27,453 nucleotides of DNA from a bacterium (GTDB lineage Bacteria; Zhuqueibacterota; Zhuqueibacteria; Oceanimicrobiales; Oceanimicrobiaceae): NCBI GenBank assembly GCA_046757525.1, contig JBHHYI010000041.1, forward strand, positions 1 to 27,453. The letters run 5' to 3'. This document shows, piece by piece, positions 1 to 8,470 of this stretch. The notes under the pieces were generated by a model. The model saw nothing but the letters and a program-made list of their open reading frames with translations. It did not search any database and was not told the origin of the DNA. Numbering within the stretch: position 1 is the stretch's first letter; each line of letters starts with the position of its first letter. A program made the position numbers and the translations under genes.

Positions 1-10
1 CTCCAACCCC

Positions 11-36
11 TGGATTCCTGCTTTCGCAGGAAAGAC
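11..36. repeat. REP-like palindromic element
   Basis: TGGATTCCTGCTTTCGCAGGAAAGAC has a stem TTCCTGC/GCAGGAA with a 4-nt loop (GAAA on minus). Its reverse complement resembles the widespread GTCATTCCCGCGAAAGCGGGAATCCA REP type. Only one copy is visible, at the window edge. Confidence 0.55.
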
Positions 37-100
37 ATCGCTTGTTCCGACTCTTAGGCGTTTCCGATATTTAAAGCAACACCTTTTTGTTGGGTTGTCA

Positions 101-131
101 AACGGTAACCTTCTCAAAGAAGGTCACCGTT
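101..131 (-). terminator. terminator-like hairpin (short U tract)
   Basis: Minus strand AACGGTGACCTTCT-TTG-AGAAGGTTACCGTT, a 14-bp stem with one G-U pair. The U run after it is short. Confidence 0.4.
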
Positions 132-260
132 CGAGGTCCAGACTGCTTTTGAGTCGGGACGTATCGAAGCCCGTCACCCCTCGATACGGTCACCTGAACA
201 GCGGTGACCTACTCGGGATGACTCGCACAGTGCTTTTAGGCTACCAAGTTCTTCCCCAGA
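101..260 (-). ncRNA. candidate structured RNA of unknown family
   Basis: Nested stems 142-145/228-231, 151-155/220-224, 161-169/179-187 and 188-194/203-209, plus a 14-bp hairpin at 101-131. Two A-C mismatches on plus become G-U pairs on minus. Boundaries are approximate. Confidence 0.45.
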
Positions 261-334
261 AATATCTGTTGCTTCCAACATTTTTTCCATAGGCATGCTA
301 TTCCCAGGTCCCAAAGAAGTGCCGCCCCACACGC

Positions 335-679
335 TCAGCCAGGAGGCCATCGCATGCTTCGCCCGCCCAAAAGATGCAAGTGGATATGATAAACCGATTG
401 CCCGCCGGCCGGGTTGCAATTCAACACCAGGCGGAACCCCTTCTGCGCGATGCCGAGTTTTTCAGCTAAGAGTTTGGCCACGTGAACGAGTTTACCCATT
501 TTGGAATGGTCGTTGGCATCGAGATCGTTGACCGTGGCGATATGCTCTTTGGGAACGATCAGAACATGCACTGGCGCCTGCGGATTTAAGTCCTTAAAAG
601 CCACAACGTGATCATCGTCGTACAGAATATTTGCGGGTACTTTTCTCGCTACAATATTACAAAAGATGCAATTTGCCAT
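335..679 (-). CDS. hinT: histidine triad (HIT) nucleotide-binding protein, HinT-like
   Basis: N-terminal CIFC, QAPVHVLIVPK, GQSVYHIHLHLLGG (HxHxH) and C-terminal WPPG. Confidence 0.95.
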   Translation of the reverse strand: MANCIFCNIVARKVPANILYDDDHVVAFKDLNPQAPVHVLIVPKEHIATVNDLDANDHSKMGKLVHVAKLLAEKLGIAQKGFRLVLNCNPAGGQSVYHIHLHLLGGRSMRWPPG

Positions 680-695
680 GCGTCACCTCGACGGG

Positions 696-1463
696 TTAAT
701 TGTACTCACCCAATTTCTCGAGAATTAATGCCGTACCGAGCAAGGCAGCGGTTTCCGACCGCAACCTCCTGGGTCCCAGACCGAGTTTACGAAAACCTAC
801 CTCAAGTCCGGCTTGCACCTCCGTTTCGGTGAAGCCGCCTTCCGGCCCGATGAGCAAAATTCCAGACTTCCGGTTCCGAAGGTGTCTATTTTCCAGGAAC
901 TGTTCGATGATCTGGCTGAGGGCTGCAGAAGACTTCTCGTGGGCCAACAGTTTTAATGCGTAATCTCCTGAGTTTTGCCAAATCGCCCCAATGGGTTGGC
1001 TGGCCTGTACCTCAGGGAGGCAGGAACGTCCGCATTGTTTCATGGCAGCCAGTGCAATGCGCTGCCAACGCCTCGATTTGACCGAATCTTCGGGAACGAC
1101 GGTCCTCTCTGTGACGATGGGGATAAACTTTGAAATGCCGATCTCTGTGCCCTTTTCAACCACCCAGTCAAATTTTCGCCCTTTGGTCAAAGCGAAAGCG
1201 AGGGTTAGCTGAAAATTCGGTTCCCCAACCCGACGCCGCCTTTTCAGAATCCTGGCATGGACCGCCTGGGTGTGTAATTGTTCAACCAGGCACTGATACA
1301 AGATGCCTTGCCCATCGATGGCAAGAAAAGGAGAGCCTATTTTTTTTCTGCGCACCCGTACTAAATGATGCATTTCGTCTTTACGCAGGATTAAGGTGTC
1401 CCCTTGTACGTCCTCAGGTCGGACATAAAAGTAGTCTTCATGGGGCATATTTCTGGTGAACAC
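696..1463 (-). CDS. rsmE: 16S rRNA m3U1498 methyltransferase
   Basis: HLVRVRR, EKGTEIG, AAMKQCGR, IGPEGGF and LGPRRLRSETA SPOUT motifs. The start may be the ATG at 1448. Confidence 0.95.
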   Translation of the reverse strand: MFTRNMPHEDYFYVRPEDVQGDTLILRKDEMHHLVRVRRKKIGSPFLAIDGQGILYQCLVEQLHTQAVHARILKRRRRVGEPNFQLTLAFALTKGRKFDWVVEKGTEIGISKFIPIVTERTVVPEDSVKSRRWQRIALAAMKQCGRSCLPEVQASQPIGAIWQNSGDYALKLLAHEKSSAALSQIIEQFLENRHLRNRKSGILLIGPEGGFTETEVQAGLEVGFRKLGLGPRRLRSETAALLGTALILEKLGEYN

Positions 1464-1495
1464 GGTTTAGCAGTCCATGGTTCCGATGGCATCGC

Positions 1496-2431
1496 TTAGT
1501 TAGAAGATTTGGGTTCCAGAACGATTTTGAACAGCTTGGGGGTCACGTCGCGATAGCTGACGCCTTTGGGCTGTTCGATCACGGCGGGGTGCTCGTTGCC
1601 GGGCGACATGCGGATGCGCGCGTAATCGATGTAAACGTTTATGTCTTCCGGCTTCACTGTGGACAACAGTTCTGCCCCGCCCTCGAGCACCAGACTCAGA
1701 GTTGAAGGAATAACGTGAACGATCATATTCCGCGGAGCATTTCTCACTTTCACAGGAACCTCACTCACCCTCATTTCCAGCAACTTCTGGATGTCCAAAG
1801 AAACCGTTACCTGATTTTGCAAGACCTTCACTTTCTTTGACGGCAGAGGTGCCAGGGCAATTGTTTTTTTAATATCATTCATCACGTCCACAAACATTTC
1901 TTCCGCCGTGTTGATTGAGGTTATTTCAGATACGATGCTCTTAGGTCCTTGGATTACCACCGAGTCAGGGTTCACCATCAAGTCGCCGACAATGGTGTGA
2001 CCAAAGGCCGGGGTTACTTTGATATTGGGCACCACGGCAATTTTTTTCTTCGCAAAATCGTCCAAAACGATGTGCACCGAATCTGGATTAACGATTTCAA
2101 TGGTCTTAATGCTGCCACTCGAGCGGGCGAGATTGACTTTCTTGGGGTCCATGGCAAACGATTTGCTGTTTCTTACGCCGGACAGGTCCAACTCCACACG
2201 TATCTGGGGTCTCATGCTCAATCCTATGAGGGATTTGCCGCTTCCTTGCACCTTGACTTTGGCCGTAGCCGGCAAATCATTTAAGATGACCTTGCCCTTA
2301 GGTACGTTCTGAGTAATAATCGGCACGTCGATGACGTGTTCGTACTCATTCTCTGTAACCACGAAAAACCAGATGATGACGGCAAACAGTAAAGATACTA
2401 ATTTTACTTTATAGTCGGTGAGAAGGGACAT
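1496..2431 (-). CDS. YbbR/CdaR-like domain membrane protein
   Basis: N-terminal TM segment KLVSLLFAVIIWFFV followed by repeated YbbR-like beta domains (V.P..V.I.GP.S). Confidence 0.85.
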   Translation of the reverse strand: MSLLTDYKVKLVSLLFAVIIWFFVVTENEYEHVIDVPIITQNVPKGKVILNDLPATAKVKVQGSGKSLIGLSMRPQIRVELDLSGVRNSKSFAMDPKKVNLARSSGSIKTIEIVNPDSVHIVLDDFAKKKIAVVPNIKVTPAFGHTIVGDLMVNPDSVVIQGPKSIVSEITSINTAEEMFVDVMNDIKKTIALAPLPSKKVKVLQNQVTVSLDIQKLLEMRVSEVPVKVRNAPRNMIVHVIPSTLSLVLEGGAELLSTVKPEDINVYIDYARIRMSPGNEHPAVIEQPKGVSYRDVTPKLFKIVLEPKSSN

Positions 2432-2514
2432 AAAGAGTTAGGCTAAATCACTTTAAAAAAAAAGGGTACAAAGGAGTTCTCCTCAATACCCTTTCTAATC
2501 GATTTCTACATTTT

Positions 2515-2706
2515 TCATTTATGGGATTGGCTGATAACCTTGCCAATGCTGATTTCACCGTTGTCGATGCGAATATTGAAGCCGCAGTTTGGATTTGTGC
2601 AAACCCAGGCTTTGTACATGATGGATGCGCCTTCTCGGCCATAGTCGGACAAGGGGACCAGCACCCCCGTCGAACATTTTAGACACGTAGGTAATTCTTT
2701 TTCCAT
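2515..2706 (-). CDS. small zinc-ribbon-like hypothetical protein
   Basis: 63 aa with CLKC...WVCTNPNC and a purine-rich RBS (AGGGGA) upstream. Confidence 0.75.
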   Translation of the reverse strand: MEKELPTCLKCSTGVLVPLSDYGREGASIMYKAWVCTNPNCGFNIRIDNGEISIGKVISQSHK

Positions 2707-2792
2707 TCTTTTCCCCTAACAGTTAGTGCAAATTGAGCGTTGCCCCATCTGGGAATAGGATAATTCCAATTGCTTATGCAAGCTTCCGCGGT

Positions 2793-3110
2793 TTAGAATT
2801 CTCCTTTTCCAACCTCGTCTAAGCCGAGCCGGCGCTTAAAATCCTCATCGGTCTGATACAGTATCATTTCTTTAAAGGGATAGCTCTTTTTCATTAACAG
2901 TTTTACGACCTCGGAAGATACTTTGTAATGCGGACAGCGTTGGACAACGCGTGTCAGATGCGCAATTTCGGCATCGTTGAGGTTTCTTATGGCTTCTTTC
3001 CAGACTTGCGCAATACTCTCTTCTATGTTGCCAAGAAGTACATTCAGAGTCAGCCGCAATTCAATCGAATCTCGGGCATTGTCAAACACTCCACTCATAC
3101 AGCAATCCAA
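2793..3110 (-). CDS. hypothetical protein
   Basis: 105-aa ORF co-oriented with its neighbours and downstream of a sigma70-like promoter. Start uncertain (TTG 3110 or a later ATG). Confidence 0.55.
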   Translation of the reverse strand: MDCCMSGVFDNARDSIELRLTLNVLLGNIEESIAQVWKEAIRNLNDAEIAHLTRVVQRCPHYKVSSEVVKLLMKKSYPFKEMILYQTDEDFKRRLGLDEVGKGEF

Positions 3111-3184
3111 TTTCGTTTGCAGAACTTCAGACAGAGAAGGCTTCGTTACCTGCCTTCGATCAGGTGGTGCTCATCATAAGACAA

Positions 3185-3212
3185 AATCTAGAAAATTAAT
3201 TAAAAAAGTCAA
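3185..3212 (-). promoter_or_regulatory. sigma70-like promoter
   Basis: Minus strand TTGACT-16 nt-TAGATT in an AT-rich intergenic region. Confidence 0.5.
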
Positions 3213-3247
3213 CCTTTTTGATGACCAATTGCGGGAATTGGCAACAT

Positions 3248-3272
3248 AAAAAAAGTGGACAGGGTCCACTTT
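3248..3272 (-). terminator. intrinsic terminator after rplI
   Basis: Minus strand AAAGTGGAC-CCT-GTCCACTTT followed by TTTT. Confidence 0.75.
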
Positions 3273-3317
3273 CGTTTCGAGCTTCGGTGTTCGTCGACTT
3301 GCTTCGCTAACAAGGGC

Positions 3318-3761
3318 TCATTCCTTGACAACCCAGACCTTGACTTTTGCGTCGACTTCCTGGTGTAGTTTTACGGGGACATCAAAAACGCCCAAAGCCT
3401 TCAAAGGTTCCTCCAGCACGATTTTCCTTCGATCCACGTCGAATCCCTTGGCTGAAAGCATTTCGGCGATGTTTTGGGAGGTGATCGCCCCGAACACTTT
3501 GTCTTCTTCGCCGGTGGCCACAGTTGCGGTCAATGATATTCCGGCAAGCTTTTGAGCCAGCACCTCGGCTTTGCGCTTGTCTTTGTTCTTCTTGATATCC
3601 TCTTTTAGCTTTTCCTGCTCAAAGATTTTTAGATTCCTGGGCGTCGCCACAAAAGCGATCTTCTTTGGAATTAGAAAATTTCTGGCGTAACCATCTTTGA
3701 CTTCCACAGTCTCGCCAAACTTGCCCAATTTGTCGAAATCCTGTCTGAGTATTATTTTCAT
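3318..3761 (-). CDS. rplI: 50S ribosomal protein L9
   Basis: MKIILRQD...LGKFGETVEVKDGYARNFLIP. The true start is the ATG at 3761 with AGGAG upstream; the ORF-track extension overlaps rpsR. Confidence 0.97.
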   Translation of the reverse strand: MKIILRQDFDKLGKFGETVEVKDGYARNFLIPKKIAFVATPRNLKIFEQEKLKEDIKKNKDKRKAEVLAQKLAGISLTATVATGEEDKVFGAITSQNIAEMLSAKGFDVDRRKIVLEEPLKALGVFDVPVKLHQEVDAKVKVWVVKE

Positions 3762-3787
3762 GACGAATTGCCCGCTCCTGTGATTGA

Positions 3788-4009
3788 TTATCTTTGTATT
3801 AGGGAGACATAAGGCATCAAAGCCAAATGCCTTGCCCGTTTGATGGCTGTAGTTAACATTCTCTGGTGACGCGCGCAATTGCCGGAGGTCCTCCGGGGTG
3901 TGATCTTGCCCTGCTCTGTGGTAAAACGCAGCAATTTTTTTTCGTCTTTGTAATCAATATACACGACATCATCTTCACAGAATCTACATATTTTTCTTTT
4001 TTTGAGCAT
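3788..4009 (-). CDS. rpsR: 30S ribosomal protein S18
   Basis: CRFC...IDYKD...[27 protein letters not shown] (zinc-binding C+ form). Confidence 0.98.
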   Translation of the reverse strand: MLKKRKICRFCEDDVVYIDYKDEKKLLRFTTEQGKITPRRTSGNCARHQRMLTTAIKRARHLALMPYVSLIQR

Positions 4010-4030
4010 AAAGATGTTACTCCTTTAAGT

Positions 4031-4576
4031 TTAGATTTTTAGGTCTTCAAAACCAAAATCAAATTCTGATTTTTTCGATAATTTGTCTTTTTCGTCTGAT
4101 TCACTGTCCTGGTTTGTGGCCTGAGCATGGTTGTTCTCAGCCAATGCGGGCTGTTGTTCCGGTGTGTCCAATTCGGACATTTCCACATATTGCTCTTCGT
4201 CGGAGACTTCCAACGAATCTTCCTTAACGATTCTGCGGTTGAGAAATTGAATCCTCCTGGCCTTGATTTCAACAACGTTCTTGTTGGTGCCGTCATCGTT
4301 TTTCCAGGTTCGGCTTTGCAATTCCCCTTCCACCAGCACAGCAGACCCTTTCTTCAGGTTGCCGACACAGCTTTCTGCCAGCTTGTACCAGGCTACCACG
4401 CCGACGTAGCAAACGTTCTCTCGCCACTGGCCCGTGCTATCTTTGAACTTCCTGTTGGAAGCCATGTAAAAATTTGCGACCGGCGTGCCGGTGCTCGTTT
4501 TTCTGAACGAAGGGTCGTTGGTGAGATTTCCAGCGATCATGACGCTATTGATTTCAGGCATTTTTAGTTCTAACAT
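4031..4576 (-). CDS. ssb: single-stranded DNA-binding protein
   Basis: NSVMIAGNLTNDP...LKKGSAVLVEGELQSRTW OB fold, located between rpsF and rpsR. Confidence 0.93.
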   Translation of the reverse strand: MLELKMPEINSVMIAGNLTNDPSFRKTSTGTPVANFYMASNRKFKDSTGQWRENVCYVGVVAWYKLAESCVGNLKKGSAVLVEGELQSRTWKNDDGTNKNVVEIKARRIQFLNRRIVKEDSLEVSDEEQYVEMSELDTPEQQPALAENNHAQATNQDSESDEKDKLSKKSEFDFGFEDLKI

Positions 4577-4685
4577 GACTCATCCTCCTAACTCCGCGAA
4601 CGTATAGCTACGCATTCAATTTGACTTCAAGTTTTGTCCGGAAAGTACAAAGCCTGCTTGCGATGAGTTGAAATGATTCCCTGGA

Positions 4686-5126
4686 TTATGGCTCTACTAT
4701 TTTGTCGGCGCTGTCGACTACTTCATCGAGTTTCTCCTGCGGTGCCGCTTCATCAGCTTGAGACTCGGCAGGGCTTGAATCCACACGCGCTTGAGATGCC
4801 TCTTGCGTTTTCTGTTCTTTTTCTTCTGACAATAGGGCCTTGGGATCTGTCAGGACGGTGAGGTGCCGCAGAATGGCATCTTCCAATCCGTACTCTCGCT
4901 CTAACAACTTTGGCAAACTGCTGGTGGATTTGAACAGGATGTGAATATACTTGCCGTACTGTTTGCGGCGGATTTCGTAGGCCAGTCTCTTCTTACCCCA
5001 ATCCTCAAGACTGAGAATCTCTCCACCGTTGTTGGTGATAAAATTACGTATCTTTTTCACCAAGGCTTGCAAATCTTCCGATTTGACAAAAGAATCAACA
5101 ACAATCGTGGTTTCGTAATTGCGCAA
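4686..5126 (-). CDS. rpsF: 30S ribosomal protein S6
   Basis: RNYETT...WGKKRLAYEI, TTG start with GGAGG RBS, and an acidic C-terminal tail. Confidence 0.97.
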   Translation of the reverse strand: MRNYETTIVVDSFVKSEDLQALVKKIRNFITNNGGEILSLEDWGKKRLAYEIRRKQYGKYIHILFKSTSSLPKLLEREYGLEDAILRHLTVLTDPKALLSEEKEQKTQEASQARVDSSPAESQADEAAPQEKLDEVVDSADKIVEP

Positions 5127-5159
5127 TTTTGTCAGTGCCTCCTTCGACTAAGAAATCAG

Positions 5160-7202
5160 TTAAAAAATTGGCGCGAGCACCAATGAGATGACCGCCATGA
5201 GTTTGATAAGGATGTTGATGGACGGGCCAACCGTATCCTTGAGAGGATCCCCAACGGTATCTCCGATGACGGCTGCTTTGTGACTGTCGGAGCCTTTGCC
5301 GCCGAAATTGCCTTCTTCGATATATTTTTTCGCATTGTCCATGGCGCCCCCGGAGTTGGCCATTTGAATGCCTAACATGACTCCGGTAACCAGGGCCCCT
5401 ACCAGGAGACCGGCCAGGGCATGCGGTCCAAGCACGAGGCCAACGACTACCGGAGACACGATCGCCAGCGACCCGGGAACCAACATGCCCTGAATCGCAC
5501 CGGTGGTGCTGATGTCCACGCATTTGGCCGAGTCCGGCATTACCTTGCCTTCCATCAGTCCGGGAATCTCTTTGAATTGGCGCCGTACCTCTTCAATCAT
5601 TTTGAATGCGGCCTTGCTCACAGCCTGGAATAACATGGACGAGAAAAAAAAGGGCAACATGCCGCCCAGCAGCAAACCTGCCAGAACCTTGGGATCCTTG
5701 ATATCCGCCACCTGAACGTGAGCGGTGCGCATGTAAGCCACCAGCAGTCCCAAGGCCGCAAAAGCCGCAGAACCGATGGCAAAACCTTTGCCGATGGCGG
5801 CGGTGGTATTGCCCACCGCATCCAAATTGTCGGTGATGTTGCGCACGGAAGGATCCAACTCGGCCATCTCTGCAATACCGCCAGCGTTGTCTGCAATGGG
5901 GCCATAGGAGTCCACAGCCACAACCATACCGGTGGTAGCCAGCATACCAAACGCAGCCATGGCCACACCATAGACGCCGGCAAAATAGAAGGAAATCATG
6001 ACCGCCGCTGCCAGGGCCATGACCGGCACCGCTGTGGAGGCCATCCCCACGGAAATGCCGCCGGTGACCATCAAGGCTGGTCCGCTTTGAGAATCTCTTG
6101 CCAGCTTTTGTACAGGTTTGTATTTTCCTGAAGTAAAATACTCGCTGAAAAACCCAACCAATATCCCAGAGATAACCCCGGACAAAGTTGCGTAAAATGG
6201 CCCCATGACTGAATAAGCAACCGAGTCTTCGGTGTAAGGCGTGCCCACACCCTTCACGATAAAATACGTGGCGACTGCGGTCAAGATGGCGCTGATATAC
6301 GTGCCGCCCATCAGGGCGCCCTGGGGATTGCTTCTGCCAGCGATGCGCACGAAAATAACGCCGATGATGGACGAGATAATGCCTGCGCTGGCAATGTACA
6401 ACGGCAAAATTTGAAGCGCACTTTTTACATTCGAAGAGGTGGTCACGCCAATGATGGCAGCGATTGCGAGGGCCGCAATAATCGATTCTACATACGATTC
6501 CAAAAGGTCCGCTCCCAGGCCGGCCACGTCGCCCACGTTGTCGCCCACATTATCTGCAATCACAGCCGGGTTCCTTGGGTCATCCTCTGGAATGCCTGCT
6601 TCGACCTTGCCAACCAGATCGGCACCCATGTCAGCGCCCTTGGTGAAGATACCTCCGCCACTGCGCGCAAACAAGGCTACCAGGCTCGCCCCCATGGCGT
6701 AGCCATTGATAATATAAGGCTGCCCTCTAAAAATAATGAACATCAAACAAAGACCGAGCAAAGACAACCCTACCACGCTCATACCCATAACCGCGCCGCC
6801 AGAAACTGCCACACCCAGAGCGCCTTTTAGACCGCCGTCCAGGGCACCTTGCGTGGTGCGACTATTTGCGCGCGTCGCGATACTCATGCCAATATAACCC
6901 GCTATGGCTGAAGACAGCGCACCACAGATAAAAGCGAACGAGGTCTTCCAACTCAATTGAATGTTGCTCGAAAACACAGGAGACAGGGCGATTAGCCCGG
7001 CGATGACGATGACAAAACTGGATATGTAGATGTACTCTCGTTTCAAAAACGCCCGGGCACCTTGCTGCACCGCCTTGGAGATTTCGACCATTCGACTATT
7101 ACCAGGATCTTTCTTAAGAATGTCAAGAATCAAAAAACCGACAAAAGCCAAGGCAACCAAACTTGTAACCAGTGGGATGATGATCAACGAAGTCCTCCTC
7201 AA
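5160..7202 (-). CDS. hppA: membrane-bound ion-translocating pyrophosphatase, K+-dependent type
   Basis: [49 protein letters not shown] (K+-dependent signature) and [15 protein letters not shown]. Confidence 0.97.
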   Translation of the reverse strand: MRRTSLIIIPLVTSLVALAFVGFLILDILKKDPGNSRMVEISKAVQQGARAFLKREYIYISSFVIVIAGLIALSPVFSSNIQLSWKTSFAFICGALSSAIAGYIGMSIATRANSRTTQGALDGGLKGALGVAVSGGAVMGMSVVGLSLLGLCLMFIIFRGQPYIINGYAMGASLVALFARSGGGIFTKGADMGADLVGKVEAGIPEDDPRNPAVIADNVGDNVGDVAGLGADLLESYVESIIAALAIAAIIGVTTSSNVKSALQILPLYIASAGIISSIIGVIFVRIAGRSNPQGALMGGTYISAILTAVATYFIVKGVGTPYTEDSVAYSVMGPFYATLSGVISGILVGFFSEYFTSGKYKPVQKLARDSQSGPALMVTGGISVGMASTAVPVMALAAAVMISFYFAGVYGVAMAAFGMLATTGMVVAVDSYGPIADNAGGIAEMAELDPSVRNITDNLDAVGNTTAAIGKGFAIGSAAFAALGLLVAYMRTAHVQVADIKDPKVLAGLLLGGMLPFFFSSMLFQAVSKAAFKMIEEVRRQFKEIPGLMEGKVMPDSAKCVDISTTGAIQGMLVPGSLAIVSPVVVGLVLGPHALAGLLVGALVTGVMLGIQMANSGGAMDNAKKYIEEGNFGGKGSDSHKAAVIGDTVGDPLKDTVGPSINILIKLMAVISLVLAPIF

Positions 7203-7208
7203 TTTTGA

Positions 7209-7787
7209 TTAATTATAGTGATTCATTACATATTCTATGCCGTGTTCGACGAATTCCAAGCAGGCTTTTGCTGCAACCTCAACCACGGAACCAATCTGCT
7301 CTTGCTCTTGTTCACCAAACTCAGACAAAACGAATTCAACCACATCCTGAATTTGTTCCTGGCCTATCCCAATCCGCAGACGCGGAAAAGTCTCACTCTT
7401 GAGCTGGTGAATGATTGAAGCCAACCCCTGGTGCCCCCCGTCGCTTCCCTGTTTTCTAAATCGAAGCTTGCCAAAGGCGAGGTTTATTTCATCTAAAATC
7501 ACAAGAAGGTTAGACAAAGGGATGTCGTGTTCTTGGATTAGATCCACAACCGCCCATCCACTTCGATTCATATAGGTTGAAGGCTTGGCCAGGATTACCC
7601 GCTTGCCTGAATAAGCCGTGCTTGCTTCCAACCAATCCCCCTTTCCGGGAACCAACTCGCACTTGCGAATACTGCTTAGTTTGTCAACCACCATGAAGCC
7701 GAAGTTGTGGCGGGTGTGGGCGTATCGACGACCTGGATTCCCCAACCCTACCAACAAATAGTTCCCTTGCATTGATGCCCATTTCAA
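7209..7787 (-). CDS. pth: peptidyl-tRNA hydrolase
   Basis: LVGLGNPG...TRHNFGF, KPSTYMNRSG, GSDGGHQGL and RLRIGIG. The start may be the ATG at 7772. Confidence 0.97.
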   Translation of the reverse strand: MKWASMQGNYLLVGLGNPGRRYAHTRHNFGFMVVDKLSSIRKCELVPGKGDWLEASTAYSGKRVILAKPSTYMNRSGWAVVDLIQEHDIPLSNLLVILDEINLAFGKLRFRKQGSDGGHQGLASIIHQLKSETFPRLRIGIGQEQIQDVVEFVLSEFGEQEQEQIGSVVEVAAKACLEFVEHGIEYVMNHYN

Positions 7788-7800
7788 CTTACGGCTTCAC

Positions 7801-8454
7801 TTATTCTGCCGCCTTTTCGGCCTCACCTTCTTGTTTCTCCTGGCCTACAAGTTCGGGCTCTTCCACCACTTCTTCTTCTGGCATCTCAGGTTCAGCAACC
7901 TCCACAACCCTCGGATGCCTTACGGCTGCGATGGTCTGCGATGGCTCGTTGTTGATGGTCACCTTGTCGATGGATAGGTCCTGAACTCGAATGCCATCCC
8001 CAATGCTTAACTCTGAGACATCGATATCCACATGTTCTGGCAAATCTAAAGGCAAACCCGTGATGTCGATCTCGCGAATAATATGCTGCAAAACGCCCCC
8101 CTCTTGCGAGACACCTTTGGGGGTTCCGACTAAATGCACCGGTATTGAAACATTGACTTCCTCAGTCAATTTAATGCCCATTAAGTCGACGTGCAATGGC
8201 TGATCATATACCGGGTCCCACTGTACGTCACGGATCACGCATTTGGTCTTCTTACCTTGGTCAATATTAAGATCGATAATATTTGCCTCGGATTGGATAA
8301 CATTCTTCAATTGCTTTTCATCAATTGAGACAGGAACAGAATCCTCCCCATGGAAATAATAGATGCCGGGCAATTTGCCATTTTTTCTTAGCTGCTTGGT
8401 GGCTCGTTTCCCGATGGTTTCCCGTTTTTGGACCTTTAAGTGCGCTTCTGACAT
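7801..8454 (-). CDS. rplY: 50S ribosomal protein L25/Ctc
   Basis: GKLPGIYY, HVDL, GGVLQH and DVSELSIGDGIRV. Start set at ATG 8454 (GGAG RBS). Confidence 0.96.
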   Translation of the reverse strand: MSEAHLKVQKRETIGKRATKQLRKNGKLPGIYYFHGEDSVPVSIDEKQLKNVIQSEANIIDLNIDQGKKTKCVIRDVQWDPVYDQPLHVDLMGIKLTEEVNVSIPVHLVGTPKGVSQEGGVLQHIIREIDITGLPLDLPEHVDIDVSELSIGDGIRVQDLSIDKVTINNEPSQTIAAVRHPRVVEVAEPEMPEEEVVEEPELVGQEKQEGEAEKAAE

Positions 8455-8470
8455 GCGTTTATCTCCGAAT

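Noticed and set aside
160..182. tmRNA-like 5' start (GGGGTGACGGGCTTCGA on minus) and ydaO-like CCCGTCA on plus
   Set aside because: There is no T-arm/CCA end or tag reading frame for tmRNA, and the ydaO AGCUAA core is missing.
95..531. ORFs 95..292, 174..419 and 295..531
   Set aside because: No recognisable motifs. They overlap the HIT gene or the structured RNA region.
3762..3878. N-terminal extension of L9 in the ORF track
   Set aside because: It overlaps rpsR. The canonical L9 start with an RBS is at 3761.
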